From NCBI RefSeq assembly GCF_009914755.1, contig NC_060927.1: a stretch of 64,000 nt of DNA; one strand, 5' to 3'. The translations under genes were made by a program, and so were the position numbers. Below, in pieces: positions 31,765 through 45,977 of the stretch (positions are counted from its first letter, which is position 1; every line of letters begins with the position of its first letter). Below the pieces are notes generated by a model. The model did not search any database. It was not told the origin of the DNA and saw only the letters and a program-made list of their open reading frames with translations. The DNA is from the human T2T-CHM13v2.0 reference genome, Homo sapiens.

Positions 31765-34426
31765 TGTCACATGAATTTTTTGGTTTCCCAGTGCATGTAG
31801 TACTTATGCTTATACTGTAGTCAATTAAATGTGCAATAATATTATGTCTGAATCAATGTACATACTTTACTTTAAAATACTTCATTATTTAAAAATGCTG
31901 AAAGTTATCTAAACTTTCAGCCAATTGTAATCTTTTTGCTGGTGGAGGGTCTTGCCTCAATGTTGGTGTCTGCTGACTGATTAGGGTGATAGTTCCTGAA
32001 GGTTGGTTGGGGTGGCTACGAAAATTTCTTAAAATAAGACTGGAATGAAATTTGCCATATATATTAGCTTTTTCTCTCATGAAAAAGTTTTCTGTAACAA
32101 GTGATGCTGTTTCACAGCATTTTATCCACAGTAGAACTTTTCTCAAAATTGGGGTTAATCCTCTCAAACCCTGCTGCTACTTTATCAGCTAAGTTTATGT
32201 AATATTCTAAATTTTTTGTTGTCATTTCAACAACATTTGCATCACCTTCCCCAAGAGTAGATTTTACGTCAATAAACCAGTTTCTTTTCTTATTCATAAG
32301 AAGCAACTTCTCATTTGTTTGATTTTGAACGTTAGATTATAGCAATTCAGTCCCATCTTCAGGCTCCACTTCTAATTTATCTTGTTATTTCCACCACATC
32401 TGTAACTTCTTCCTCCATGGATGTCTTGAATCCCTCAAAATCATCCATGGGGGTTGGAATCAACTTTTTCCAAACTCCTGTTAATTTTGATATTTTTTAT
32501 CCCCTTTCATGAATCACAAATATTCTTTTTTTTTTTTTTTGAGACAGAGTCTAACTCTGTCGCCCAGGCTGGAGTGCAGTGGCACAATCTCAGGTCACTG
32601 CAACCTCTGCCTCCTGAGTTCAAGCAATTCTCCTGCCTCAGCCTCCTGAGTAGCTGAGATTGCAGGCATGCACCACCGCACTCAGCTAATTTTTGTATTT
32701 TTAATAGATACAGGATTTCGCCACATTGGTCAGGCTAGTCTTGAACTCCTGACCTTGTGATTCACCCGCCTCAGCCTCCCAAAGTGCTAGGATTACAGGC
32801 ATGAGCCACCACGCCCAGCCCTCAAATATTCTTAATGCATTCAGAATGGTGAATCTTTCCAAGAACGTTTTCAATTGACTTTTCTCAGATCTACCAGAGA
32901 AATAGCTATTCATGGCAGCTACAGCCTTATCGATAATAAAGCCTTAAATAATAAGACTTGAGAGTCCAAATTACTCCTTGTTTAATGAGCTACACAATGG
33001 CTGTTGTGGTAGCAGGCATAAAAGCAACATGAATCTCTGTGTAAATTTCTATCAGAGCTGTTGGTTGACAAGGTACATTGTCAATGACCAGTAATATTTT
33101 GAAAGGAATGCTTTTCTTCCTGAATAGTAGCTCTCAATAGTAGGTCTCAGATATTTAATAAGCCATGCTGTAAACAGATGTGCTGTCATCCAGGCTTTGT
33201 TGTTCCATTCATAGAGCACAGACAGAGTAGATTTAGCATAATTTTTAAAGGCCGTAAGATTTTCAGAATGGTAAATGAGAATTGGCTTCCACTTAGGGTC
33301 ACCGGCTGCATTAGCTCATAACAGGAGGGTCAGCCTGTCTTTTGATACTTTGACACCAGTCATTTAGTACCCATCTCTAGTTATGAAAGTCCTAGATGGC
33401 ATCTTTTATCAACAGAATGCTGTTTTGCCTACATTAAAAATCTGTTATACAGTGTAGCCACCTTCTTTGATTATCTTATCTAGATCTTTTGGTTAACTTG
33501 ATGCAGGTTCTACATTAGCACTTGCTGCTTTGTCTTGCAATGTTATGTTATGAAGATGCCTTCTTTCCTTAAACCTCATGAACCTCTGCTAGATTCAGCA
33601 TTTTCTTCTCAAGTTTCCTCACCTCTCTTAACTTGCATAGAATTGGCAAGAGTTAGGACCTTGTTCTGGATTAGGCTTTGACTTAAAGGAATGGGGTGAC
33701 TGCTTTGATCTTCAATCCAGACCAATAACCTTCTCTAGATCAGGAAGAAGGCTGTTGTGCCTTCTTAGCATGTGTTCACTGGCATAGCACTTTAATTTCC
33801 TCATTAAACTTTTTCTTTCTTTTTTTTTTTTTTGCATTCACAGCTTGGCTAATGATTTAGCACAAGAAGCCTAGCTTTCAGCCTATCTCAAATTTTGGCA
33901 TGCCTTCCTCAATAAGCGTAATCATTTCTAGTATTTGATTTAAAGTGAGAATGTACAACTCTTCCTTTATCTTGACCACTTAGAGACCACTGTGTGGTTA
34001 TTCATAGGCCTAATTTCAATATTACTGTGTTTCAGGGAATAAGGAGGCCTGAGGAACAGAGAGAGAAGAGGAAACAGCTAGTCAGTACAGCAGTCAGAAC
34101 ACATGTTGAACACAGGTAACATTTATCAAAGACGTTTCCTGTCTTATACTGGCACAGTTTGTGATCCCTCAAACAATTACAATGGAAACATCAAATATCA
34201 GTGATCATACATCACCATAACAAACGTGAGAAAGAAGTGTGAAATATTGCAAGAATTATCAAAACATGACACAACAACATGAAGTGAGCACATGCAGTAC
34301 AAAAAAAACCATGCCAATGGACTTGCTCAATGAAGGGTTGCTACATCCTTCAATTTGTAAGGATTTTGTCAAAATACTCTCTGTGAAGCACAATAAAGAG
34401 AAGTTCATTAATACAAGGTATGATTA
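31765..34426 (-). mobile_element. Tigger1, near full length, missing one terminus
   Basis: Reverse complement of the 4445-7082 family sequence; degenerate TIR aggtatgatta|ta at 34426; left end starts internally at gtcacatgaattttttggtttcccagtg. Confidence 0.92.
32526..32820 (-). mobile_element. AluS inserted in Tigger1
   Basis: Poly(T) plus full Alu; TSD caaatattctt. Confidence 0.95.
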
Positions 34427-35524
34427 TATCTGATAAAGGGATGAGTGTCCAAAATTTATAAAGAATTCATACAACTCAATAGTGTAAAAACATTCAATAT
34501 AAAATGATCAAAATACCTGAAAAACCTTCTTATAAGAAGATATAAAAATGGCCAATAGGTATATGAAAATGTACCCAGTATCATTAAATCAAAAAATGCA
34601 AATAGATGACTATTATTAATACCCAAAAGTCAATAAGATAACAAATGTTGGTGAGATTGTGGAGAAAGGGAATTCTTGTACACTGTTGGTGAGAATGTAG
34701 ATTGGTATAGCCATTTTGGAAAACAGTATGGAAGTTTCTAAAGAAATTAAAAATAGAACCACCATATAATCCAACAACACTTTTTCTGGGCATATAATGA
34801 ATAAAATTGAAATCAACACCTTGTAAATATATCTATCTTCCCATGTTTATTGTGGTATTATTCACAATAGCCAAGATATAAAAGCAGTATAAGTGTTCAT
34901 AGATAGGCAAATTTTCAGGAAAATTTGTTTTTATATCTTGGTGAAAAACAATCTAAGTGTTCATAGATAGACAAATGGAAAAATAAATTTTGATACATAT
35001 ATACAATGGAATATTATTCAGCCTTAAAAAAGAGTGAGATCTTGCCATTTGCTGCAACATGGATGAGCCTAGATGGATATTATTCTAATGAAATAAAGCA
35101 GACATAGAAAGAAAAATATTGCTTCATTTCACTTATATGTGGAATCTTAAAAAAATAATTAAAATCTACAGAGGTGAAGAATAAAACAGTGGTTACCAAG
35201 GGTAGAAGGTGGGGGGAGGATATAAGAGATGTAGGTCAGAGAATACAAGGCAGCATATTTGCAGGATAAATAAGTTCAGAGACCTAATGTACAACCTACG
35301 GTTTGTAGGTAATAACATTGTACTGTATATTGAATTCATGCTACATAAGTACATTTTAACTATTCTTGCCACAAAAACAAACAAAAAAAATGGGTAACCA
35401 CGTGAGATAATGGATATGTTAATTGGCTTCACCATAGTAACCTTTTCACTATTTATATGTATTCCATAACATCATGTTATATAACATAAATATACACAAT
35501 AAAGTTTATTTTAAATAAATAAAG

Positions 35525-36820
35525 AACAGGTAAAGCTAAATATTCTATTGGCTATTAAAGAAATTAAACTCATAATTTTAAAACTTTGTATAAGAAAAAC
35601 CTCTAGGTCCATATGGCAAGCTCTACCAAAGAATTAGAAAGGTAATACCAGCCTTATACAAACTTTCTGTAGAAAGTAATAGTATATTTCTAAGCTCCAT
35701 GTGGCTAATATCACTTTGATACCAAAATTTGACAAGGACAATACAAGAAAGAAAACCTATAAGCTCAGCTGATTAATGACAATACATGTAAGGATCCTAC
35801 ACAAAATAATAGAAAACAAAATCTAGCCTAGCAAAACAAATTTAATACCCCAGACTAAGATGAATTTATTCCATACAAGAATAGGATAAAATTAGAATAT
35901 CAATTCTTTTAGTTTGCTACATAATCAGAAGAAAGAAGACAAATCATATTATCAATATGCTGATGAGAAATAGCGTTTGATAATAGCAATCTATGAAAAT
36001 ATAAAAACTATATTGCAAATATACCTAATAGTAAAACATTGAAACTGTTCTCTTTGCGATTGGGCACAAGACAATGGTAATTTTTGCTTCCACTTCTATT
36101 TAACAATTTACTGATTTTCTAGTCAGTACACTAAGTGGAGAGAAAAATAATATGTTTGAGGACTGAAAAAAAGAAACAAAACTTAACTTTCTATAGATTA
36201 TATGTAAGGAGAAAATGCAAATAAATCTACCCATAAAAATTAGGGTGAATGAGTTAGCAAGTTTGCATGATACAATGATAATATATATTAATATTATCAA
36301 TTGTTTCACTGTATAATAGCAATCAAAAGAAAATTTCTTTTAAATGATACCATCTATAATAGTGTAAGATATTAAATATCCTGGAATGAACCCTACAAAA
36401 GGTATACAGGGCTTCTCAACAGAAAATCAGAAACTTATATGAAGAGAAAATAAGGAATACCTAAATATAGCATGTTTACGATTAGGAAGAAACAATATTG
36501 TAAGGGTATCAATATTTTCTAAATTGATTTACAGGGTATGTGCAATCTCAATTTTAAAACCTTAAGAGTCTATATTTGTGGGTGTGTGCAAGTATATATG
36601 GCTTATCAAACTTAGTCTGATATTACTATGGCTATGCACACGATCAAGAACAGATGAGACACCCTGAGAAAAGAACGAAATTGGACTATATGTTCTACCA
36701 AATATCAAGATCACAGTAAAGCTACAGTAATTAACATTGTATCATATTGGTGCAAAACATAGAACTATTTCAATCAAAGTTTTCAGGAACTGACTCATGG
36801 ATACTTGAATCATGATAGAG
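35525..36820 (+). mobile_element. Old L1M ORF2, right part
   Basis: RT-region remnants: ctttgataccaaaatttgacaagga, cacaagacaatgg...ccacttctatttaac, gattaggaagaaacaatattgtaag. Confidence 0.7.
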
Positions 36821-38014
36821 ATCTTTGTAGAGTTGTGCTCTCTGAAGCAATAAAGTAATAATATTATTAATAATCAAAGTTTTAAATAATACTAGTAATA
36901 TACATGCATTATCTCCAATTTATTATTAAAATTGTCCTCATTTTATAGTGGGGAAACTGAATAGGTTAATCGATTTGCTCACAGTCAAACAGAACGGAAC
37001 AGTGGAGCCAAAATGTGCACTGGGCTATTCTGAGTCTAAAACATATGTATATTTTGTGCTTCCTATGCCAGACACTGTACTAGAAAATTTTGTGTATGTT
37101 ACGGCACTACTAATAAAGAATTATTCTTAGAAATGTTTCATGTATGAAACATTTGGCTTATTGTGATGAAGCAGAAGTTTTTCTTGTCTATGTTTATGAA
37201 CTTTAAAAAATGACAATTATAGTATTGATGACTTTTTATTGAGAAACAATTTTCCAGAGCAAACATCAATACACTAATCATTTAACTAGATTCTATACAG
37301 AAAACATAAATCCTAATTTTTTGTTCTTATTACTTTATGAGAAATTTTACAATAATTTGGTATGTGTTAATTTTACCCATCACAACTTCTGTTGTGAGTT
37401 TATTCATGACTACTATTTCTCTCATGTCTATTTTTTTCTCAGGTCAGATTTTTCTGATCTAATTTTATAAAGAAAATTAAAATTTTCAATAAATTTTCAT
37501 TGCCTTCTGCATTTTAAGCTCCTGTTTTGTTTTGAGCTTATTTGTTCTATGAAATCTAATTTTACCCAGATCAATTTTGTTAGGTTTCTGTCATGCCAAT
37601 AAGACATATTTTCTTCATTTTGTTTTGCATTCATAATAAATTATACTCAGATTCATTCACATTGTCATCAGAGTTAAAGTGGTTGGATCCAAATTTCCTG
37701 CTGTATAGCTATTTGTATTCTAGTTTTTGTTCAGATAGTGCAGTTGAGGCTCACACAGTAACTGCCATGACATACATTTGAAAACAGGTCTGTCTGACAA
37801 CCAGGTTTCCAGTTTTTCTTCTGTATGCTAATGTCTCTGACATCAATTATCTCAAATTTAATTCTGACTTTGGGGATAATTTCGCCTTGCCTTCCTTACA
37901 GCTTGTTGTCTGGATAAAATGTGGAAATTTTGTAATCTGTATATAATATGCAAGTTTAGACATAATTTATCTATGTAAGTATCCTTTATTATTATTACTA
38001 TGATCCAAATGTTT

Positions 38015-38149
38015 GTGTGCCTTCGCCAGATTCAGAATCATTCAGGGCCTTCATCCTGGAATTCCCAGATCCCAGAACTGTGAGAAATAAATTCTTGTTG
38101 TTTATAAGCCACCCAGTTTATAGTAAAGCCACCTGAATGAACTGAGACA
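38015..38149 (+). mobile_element. MLT1 LTR 3' fragment
   Basis: ccagaactgtgagaaataaattcttgttgtttataagccacccagt...gaactgagaca. Confidence 0.7.
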
Positions 38150-38263
38150 ATTATTAACATTTATTCTATTTGAATGTATTAGATAAACCTGTCTTTTTGC
38201 AGCTCAATAAATTTCCTTGGCCTGCTTCTAAGTTGGATAACCATTAAAGATATATCTGATTCT

Positions 38264-38556
38264 GGCCGGGTGCGGTGGCTCACGCCTGTAATCCAGCACT
38301 TTGGGAGGCTGAGGTGGGTGGATCACCTGAGGTCAGGAGTTCAGGACCAGCCTGACCAACATGGTGAAACCCCGTCTCTACTAAAAACACAAAAAAATTA
38401 GCCAGGCGAAGTGGCGGATGCCTGTAATCCCACCTACTTGGGAGACTGACGCAGGAGAATTGCTTGAACTGGGGATGTGGAGGCTTCAGTGAGCCAAGAT
38501 CATACCATTGCACTCCAGCCTGAGCGACAAGAGTGAAACAAAACAAAACAAAAAAA
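38264..38556 (+). mobile_element. AluS (Sp/Sq-like)
   Basis: ggccgggtgcggtggctcacgcc... with an (AAAAC)n tail; TSD core tctgattc(t). Confidence 0.95.
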
Positions 38557-38567
38557 GGCTCTGATTC

Positions 38568-39046
38568 TGAAAGGTGAAGCAGCCAGCTGGACTTCCTGGG
38601 TCGACTGAGGACTTGGAGAACTTTTCTGTCTTACAAGAGGATTGTAAAATGCACCAGTGCTCCATAAAAATGCACCAATCAGCGCTCTGTAGCAAGCTAG
38701 AGGTTTGTAAAATAGGCCAGTCAGCACTCCGTAAAATGGACCAATCAGCACACTGTAAAATGGGCCAATCAGCACTCTGTAAAATGGACCAATTAGCAGG
38801 ACATAAACGGGGACAAATAAGGGAATAAAAGCTGGCCACCCCCAGCCAGCAGCGGCAACCCACTCAGGTCCCCTTCCACGTTGTGGAAGCTTTGTTCTTT
38901 CGCTCTTCACAATAAATCTTGCTGCTGCTCACTCTTTGGGTCCCTGCCATCTTTAAGAGCTATAACACTCACCGTGGAGGTTTGCAGCTCCATTCTTGAA
39001 GTCAGCGAGACCATGAACCCACCAGAAGGAACGAACTCCGGACACA
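38568..39046 (+). mobile_element. LTR12F-like (ERV9) solo LTR
   Basis: TGAAAGGTGAAGC..CCAGCTGGACTTCCTGGGTCGA ... CTCCGGACACA; 4-bp TSD attc; ccaatcagc repeats; gggaataaaagc TATA-like box. Confidence 0.93.
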
Positions 39047-39399
39047 ATTCTATATATTAATCTTATTTATTTTTTAGTATTAATCCTTGATATGTATTAG
39101 GTAAGAGATCTTTTATGTTTATTATACTTGTTAACTCATGAGTCTTCCCATTCTTTTGAGCAATGAATATGAACATTTTCTCATCTGGTAATTTCTTACT
39201 CTAAGTTTGCATTTGGCCATGTTTGAGTTATGAATACACAGGGAAAGTACCATTGCTAAATAACTTTTACAATTACCCTTTTCCTTTTTTTCTTCTATAA
39301 AGTATTTGATGAGGTTTAGAAAAGAAAGCAAGAGTTTAATTAAAATCATGTAAACGAGCAGATTTTCACGTCTGAACATGTTAAACAGAAATTGGATAC

Positions 39400-42300
39400 A
39401 GCCTCATGCTGTAAACATTTGAAAACTGAACAAAATGTATGAAGTCACTTTTCAGACATTATACAAAAGCCAGCACAGAACCATGACACCCAAGAGTAAA
39501 GTAAACATAATGGTGGAGCCTGGTTTCCCAGACTTTCATTCTAGCAAGGGTGGGAACAGAATGCCAAGAAAAATGAGGCTGCCTTACTGAAGTGAAGAGC
39601 CAGAGATCAGAGATCAGGAACATTGAGAGAGTTACAAGTAGTGGGACAGGGTTTCAGTGAGCCGGAGGTTATATAGCAAAAAACAAAAACAAACAAAGAA
39701 AAAAAAAAACAGCTCCAAACATCTTCATAAGGATTCTCTTGAGTCTTTGCTGAACATGAACTTTAAGTTATGCATAGATATGATAAAACTTCAATGACTT
39801 CTGAGCTGAATATTGAACAATTCCTAAAGTGTCAAACATTCCAGGAGGACATTTAAACTCTGACAAGCCAGAGCAAGACCTTGTTGATTACTCAAGCAAT
39901 CTGTTGAGAACCAAAGATGGACCTGATAGTAATACATAGCACCTCACCTCTAGATTAAAGAATAATTAAGGACTGCTTTTTAAAATGTGTCTCAAAGATT
40001 CAAGCTAATCTGTTGCTTGACAGAAACAAGAGCCAACGAATTTAAAGGAATAAAATAATATTCAGCCACTCAATGGTAAAGCACTTGCAGTGTTCAGAAT
40101 CTGGCCAAGTGCAGGAAATTGAAATGCATAATCAGGAAAAACTAGTCAATATAAATGAACCCAGAAATGAGAGAAATTTTGGAATTATCAGACAAGAACT
40201 TTAAAATAGCTAATGTAAATATGCCAAAATGCTCAAAGGAAAACAAAAACATAAAGAGAAGAGAAATTAAGATATGAAAATAGCAATGTAGAACTTATAG
40301 AACTGAAAAATATAATAGCTTAAGAAAAAAACTAGATATGATTAATCGCAGATGAGAAACTGCAGAAGAAAAGATCAGTGAATATGACTCTATTATTAAT
40401 AGAAATGGTCAAAATTGAAGTAAATAAAAACAAAAGACCTAAGAAAATGAGCAGTATAAAATGGGACAGTATCAAATAATCGAACACATGGGTATTTGGA
40501 TTTCCTTAAAATGGGGAGAAAAAAATTGGAAAAATGATGAATAAAAATTTTTCCAATGTTGATAAAAATCATGAACTAGTAAATTCAAGAAAAATATAAA
40601 ACAACAAGTAGGCTAAAAAAACCAACAAACAAAACAAAAGCACATGGAGGCATATAATCCAACTACACAAAAACAGTTATGAAATTATAAAATCACCCAG
40701 ACAAAAAGACACATTATGGATACAGGAACAAAGATATGAATGACTCCAGGCTTCTCAACAGGAACTTTACAGGCAATGGAACATTATTTTTAAAGTGCTA
40801 AAAGAGAAAAGAAAAAAAATCTATATCCAGCAAAAATACTTTCACAAATGAAAGTGAATGAAGATTTTTTTTTTTCAGACAGACAAAAGCTGAGAGGATG
40901 TGTTTTCAACAGACCCACAGTATAAAAAATATCTTCAGGCTGAAGGAAAACAATGCCAGATGAAAACTTGGATTTATAAAAAGAAATGAACAGCTCCAGA
41001 AATGGTCATTCTGTGAGCAAATATGCAATAGTTTTCTGTCCGTTTAAAAAATTTTTTTTGAAAGAAAAATACTTAAAATGAAAATAACAATGTACTGTAA
41101 AGTTTACAACATGTCTAGAAGGGAGAATGCCTGACATCAATAGCACAAAATATAAGGAGCACACTATTGTAATTATACTGTGTGATGTTCAGTTATACAT
41201 AAAGAAGCAAAATATTATTTGAATATAGACTTTATTAATTTAAAGATTCATTTAAAAAACCATACACTAGCCTTTAAAAAGTAAAACAAAGAGGTATTGC
41301 AAATAAGCCAATAATGGAGATAAAATGTAATATTAGAGAGTAAAAATAATTCAAAAAAAGAAAGAATGGAAAAATATGTAAAAAAGCAAGATTGTAGTTA
41401 AACTCAACCATGAAAATAATTACAATAAATTTGAATTAATCTATACTTTATTTGAATTGAATTACTTTAAATATGTACTTTTTGATATGGTAGCCACTAG
41501 CTACATGTGGCTATTTAGCATTTGGAGTGTGGCTAACATACATCAAGAACTAAATTTTTAACTTTATTAAATGTTTAATTAAAGCTTAAATTGGAAAACA
41601 AACAGTTCAGTTATTCTGAGACTTTTCAGTATTTTTGGAACCCTGCAGGTATGTGAATCAACATTTTTAACTGTAAATTTTAAGAAACCTAAAGATAAGA
41701 TATTTGCAATGAAAATTTTATGTTAAACTTGAAATATATTTTAAGTGTAAAATATAAACTGGATTTCAAATATTTAGTATGAAAAACAATGTAAAAATCC
41801 CATGAATATATTTGTATTTATTTCTTACTGAAATGATAATATATTGGATATACTGAGTTAAATATATAACTGCTATCAATTGCCTGTTTCTTTTTATGCT
41901 TTTAAATGTGTCTACTGCTATCATTTCAACATTTTAAAAAATGTATCACTTGTCTAAAACACTTTGATAAAAGGCAGAGATTGTCAAGCTGTACAATAAA
42001 GCAATAATCAACTACAGCCTGTCTGTAAGAAACCAGTTTAAATATAAAGTTGTAAAGCATCCGGAATATCTCAAGTGATATTGAAAAAGAATAACAATTT
42101 TGGAGACTTAGAGTACCAGTATTCAACACAACTAAATTTTATATTAAGGACATTGTGATACTGCCAAAGGACAGCAAGATCAATGTAAGAGAATAGAGTG
42201 CCTATCCAGATACTGATCTATACATATGTATGGTTAGATTGTTGACAAAGATTCTAAAACAGGCCAAAGGAAAAAAGTCTTTTCAAAAAGAGGTGCTAGA

Positions 42301-43180
42301 ACAGCTCAATATGTATATAGGAGAAAAAATTTGTACTTATGCATTATACCAAGAATTAATTTCACATGGATAATTAATCTAAACATAAAAACAGCCACCA
42401 TAAAACTTTTTTAAAAACTCACCAGATAATATATTCATCAATTGGGTAAACAAACACTTCTTAGTCTGGACAAAAAGCAATAACCATAAAATTTTTTTAA
42501 AAAATTAGATTTCATTAAAATTAAAAATTTCTGTTCGTCAAAAGATATCATTAAAAATTCATATGAAAGACACAGAGTAGCAGAAAAAAATCACTGGAAA
42601 AAACTTTGTATGGTGATGAAAAGATTCCATAATGATATACATTTGTGAAAACTCATCGAACTTTATAGTAAATGTTCTCATGTTTGTGGACTATTAGGTC
42701 TCTCCTACATTATTGGTGAGGACCTAAGATAATACACCTAATTGGCAAATATCTGGTAGTTTCTTACAATTTTAAACATAATCTATTCACAAGTATTAGC
42801 CCAAATAAATTAAATCGTTAAAAAAAAGTACCCACATGTCCATAGTAGATTAATCTACAAGTAAATCTATTTATTTATCATAGTAGCCCAAATCTGGAAA
42901 CTATCTGGTTGTCCAGGTATCCAATATTAAAAAATGACTAAAAAAACCCTAGCATATTCATACACATTCATTCATGGAGTACTATGTAGCAATAAGAGGG
43001 AAACTCGTGTATGGAATTACATGAACATATATCAGGACCATGATGCTGAGAAACAGAAACCAAATACCAAAAGAATACATATTGTATGATTTCATTTGTA
43101 TGAAATTCCAAAAGAGGCAAAACTAACATATGCTGGGAAAAAAAAATCAGAACATTGGTTGCCTCTGCCACTTGAGAACT
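39400..43180 (+). mobile_element. Fragmented old L1M/L1ME (ORF1 region, ORF2 and 3' pieces)
   Basis: A-rich ORF1-like segments (gcagaagaaaagatcagtgaa, tatatccagcaaaaatactttcacaaatgaa) and 3' motif tgtatgatttcatttgtatgaaattcc; boundaries approximate. Confidence 0.65.
41476..41925. mobile_element. hAT-Charlie (Charlie5/MER33-like) element
   Basis: tatggtagccactagctacatgtggctattta...aaatgataatatattggatatactgagttaaa. Confidence 0.7.
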
Positions 43181-43364
43181 CACCATTAAGTTTTCTACTT
43201 AGGTGTTAAACAGGCACAAAAGTGGAATGCTTTGTCTCAATATCTGGGAAAAAAAGCAATATTATATAGTTGAGAAAGACATTATTTTCTAGTACTAAGA
43301 TCTTAGGCGAACGAGTCTTCAAATGAAGGATATTGAAAAACAAATGTTTATTTTTCAAAATATA

Positions 43365-43740
43365 TAGGTTAGATATCCCCAATCTGAAAATCTGAAATCT
43401 GGAAAGCTCCAAAATCAACTATTTTTTGAATACCAACACAATGCCGCAAGTGAAAAATTTCACAACTGATCACGTGAGACATCACAGTGAAAAGCTGTTT
43501 CATGTACAAAATCATTGCAAATATGTGTATATTTTACAGATAAAATATTTGTTTAAAAATTGTATAAAAGTACCTTCAGATTATTTGTATAAGGTGAATA
43601 TGAAACAAATGAATTTTGTATATAGAATTGGGTTCCTTCCCTAAAATATCTCATTAGGTACATGCAAATTTCCAAAAATCTGAAAAAATTCAAGATCTGA
43701 AACATTTCTGATCTCAAGAATTTTGGATAAGGGATACTGC
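43365..43740. mobile_element. Tigger4/MER46 (Zombi)-type MITE
   Basis: aggttagatatccccaatctgaaaatctgaaatctg ... ttttggataagggatact, with inverted ends. Confidence 0.75.
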
Positions 43741-45819
43741 ATATTTAAAGTGCAAAGTTAATCTTTATGTGGCCATTTTATCTTCTAGAAATGTCAAGTA
43801 TATCATCTTAAGTTATAATTAACACTTATATCACCATGTAACCTTCTTTTAAAGAATTATCTCCTTTTATACAAACACCAAATGACCCTGCAAACTGAAT
43901 TCTAATTCTCTAAACTTAACAGGCTTGTTTAAAACTGTTGAAATGTTCATTTTTTATACACATACTTACTTCCATGTGCAATGTCTGTTTTCCCCTTTTC
44001 TCCTAAAGAATTACTTCTCTTTTACCTTTTGTTACTCGCTACATCTACTCTAGTTCCAAATTATATTGTCGATATCTCTGTTGGAATATATATATATATA
44101 TTATATAATCTTGCATTTTACCTAGAAAATCTTCCTTATTTCAAAGACTAACAATGGGAAGCACAGAAAAATCACAACTTAAATTTTGTGACTAAGAGAA
44201 GAGGCCATCCCTTAAACCAACCTCATCTGCATCTGAAGTAAATTCCATTTCTTTAGCATAGAAAAGCAGTATTTTCAAGATATTGATGAAGAAGTAGAAT
44301 GCAGTAGGCTAAGGCTGTCAACCCTAGACATACATTAGTTATTTATGGGAGCTTAACAAAGTATCAATACTTGAGCCCTAGTTCCCAGAGATTATTTGTT
44401 AATTGGTCTCTGAAGGCATATGCCCATCTATTAGTATTCCAGTGTGCAATTCAGTTGAAATCTAAGACAATATCAGTTTTTTAAAGTCATAAATATTTCC
44501 TTAATCTGTTGTTAATTTATGCTTCTGAATATCCATTTTAGTTGACAATTAGACACTGTTATGAACTTCTGATAAAAAGCATGCAGATTTTAATATTTCA
44601 GGCTTCATGTATTAAAAAATTATCATAATGTTTCAGTTAATTTATTATGTTAGTCTGGAACTGAGCATATAACACCTCAAAAATTTACTGTGTATTATAT
44701 CATCATTTTTCTGTGAATGCTTGTGTCCCTAGAAGAATGAAACAGCCCACAATAGAGCCTCATCCATATTATAGTACACATTGTTATAAAAGTCTTGTAG
44801 TGTAGTGAATTATGGCTAAAATCTATATTCATATATACTATATTTCAGTTAACTTGTCAGTCAATACCAACATATTTTCAAATATTAAGCTGAAATGCAG
44901 CTCAAGTTTTTAAAAAAATCACTATTTTAAACTAAATGCTCTATTTCCAAAACTCTATTAAATGCAACCAGAATTTTTATGTTTTCATGCAGTTTGATAT
45001 GGTTTTTATTACTAAGTTTATGCCAAAATTAAATATGAATTTCTGTTTCCAACACTATTTGAAATATCATTCTATATTTAAAGTACAGCAATAAATTGTT
45101 TATATTTATTATTAACCTGTGTTGGTCTAAAACTATGAACTGTAATTAAATAGTCCAATAATAGCACAAAAGTAAGTTGATTCAATCTTGCAACTTGTAT
45201 TTCTTGACACAGATATATTTTCTTAACAGAACATGTAATCAAATTGAGGCTATCAATAACAGACAGCTCCACCTCGCTCACAAATATGGAAGTATCAATA
45301 TTGTAGTAGAGTTAATCTCTAAGAATAAACTCAGGGCTTCTTCCCTATTGCAACGTTAAAAAAAGAAATTCTCTCTATCAATGAAATGATGGGGGTTTTT
45401 AGGCTCCCCTTAAAGAAATTAGGTTTCATTGAAATGAGGAAAGGCAACACTCTGGCAAAGTGTTATCTTGGGCACAATATCATTATGATCAGTTCCTTCT
45501 GGGATGATGTTAAAGATTAGTTTATAAAAGTTCTTAAAGAGTTTAATATCTTTTCTTATTGGGCCTAGTTGTATTTATGGAAATTGTGGCAGTGTTTGTG
45601 ATAGCAACCTCACAAAAACATGAGAAAGCTTTGAGAAAGAAAAAAAAAAATGCACCTGGCTGATCATTAGCTCAACGTCTAAATATCACTCTTTCCAAAA
45701 TACTTTTCTGAGAAATGATCATGGGATTTTTCTCACTGTTTTCTGACAAAGGGAAATAGCAGCCTATAAAGACAAATTCTGAAAAGAAGCCAATCTTTTC
45801 TCATCAAAAGATACTTAAC

Positions 45820-45977
45820 TTGGTGTAGGTGAGTCACTTGTAACAAGTGTTCCACACTGATGCAGGATGTTTATGGTGGGGGAGGTTGTGCATGAGTGGG
45901 GACAAGGGGTACACAGGAACTCTTTGTAATTTCCACTCAATTTTGCTGTAAACCTAGAACTCCTCTAAGAAATTCTA
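45820..45977 (+). mobile_element. L1MC-type 3' fragment
   Basis: tgtaacaagtgttccacactgatgcaggatgtt...caattttgctgtaaacctagaact. Confidence 0.65.

Larger units (their letters stand above)
24165..35523 (+). mobile_element. L1MA-type element with 5'UTR, partial ORF1, ORF2 and 3'UTR, carrying nested insertions
   Basis: 5' start gtgacatcagcaagatggctgactaga; ORF1 remnant about 26123-26800; ORF2 ATG at 27293 (MAVVSANLPIITLNVNGLNFPIK...ICCIQETH); L1MA 3'UTR and aataaa tail to about 35523. Confidence 0.85.
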
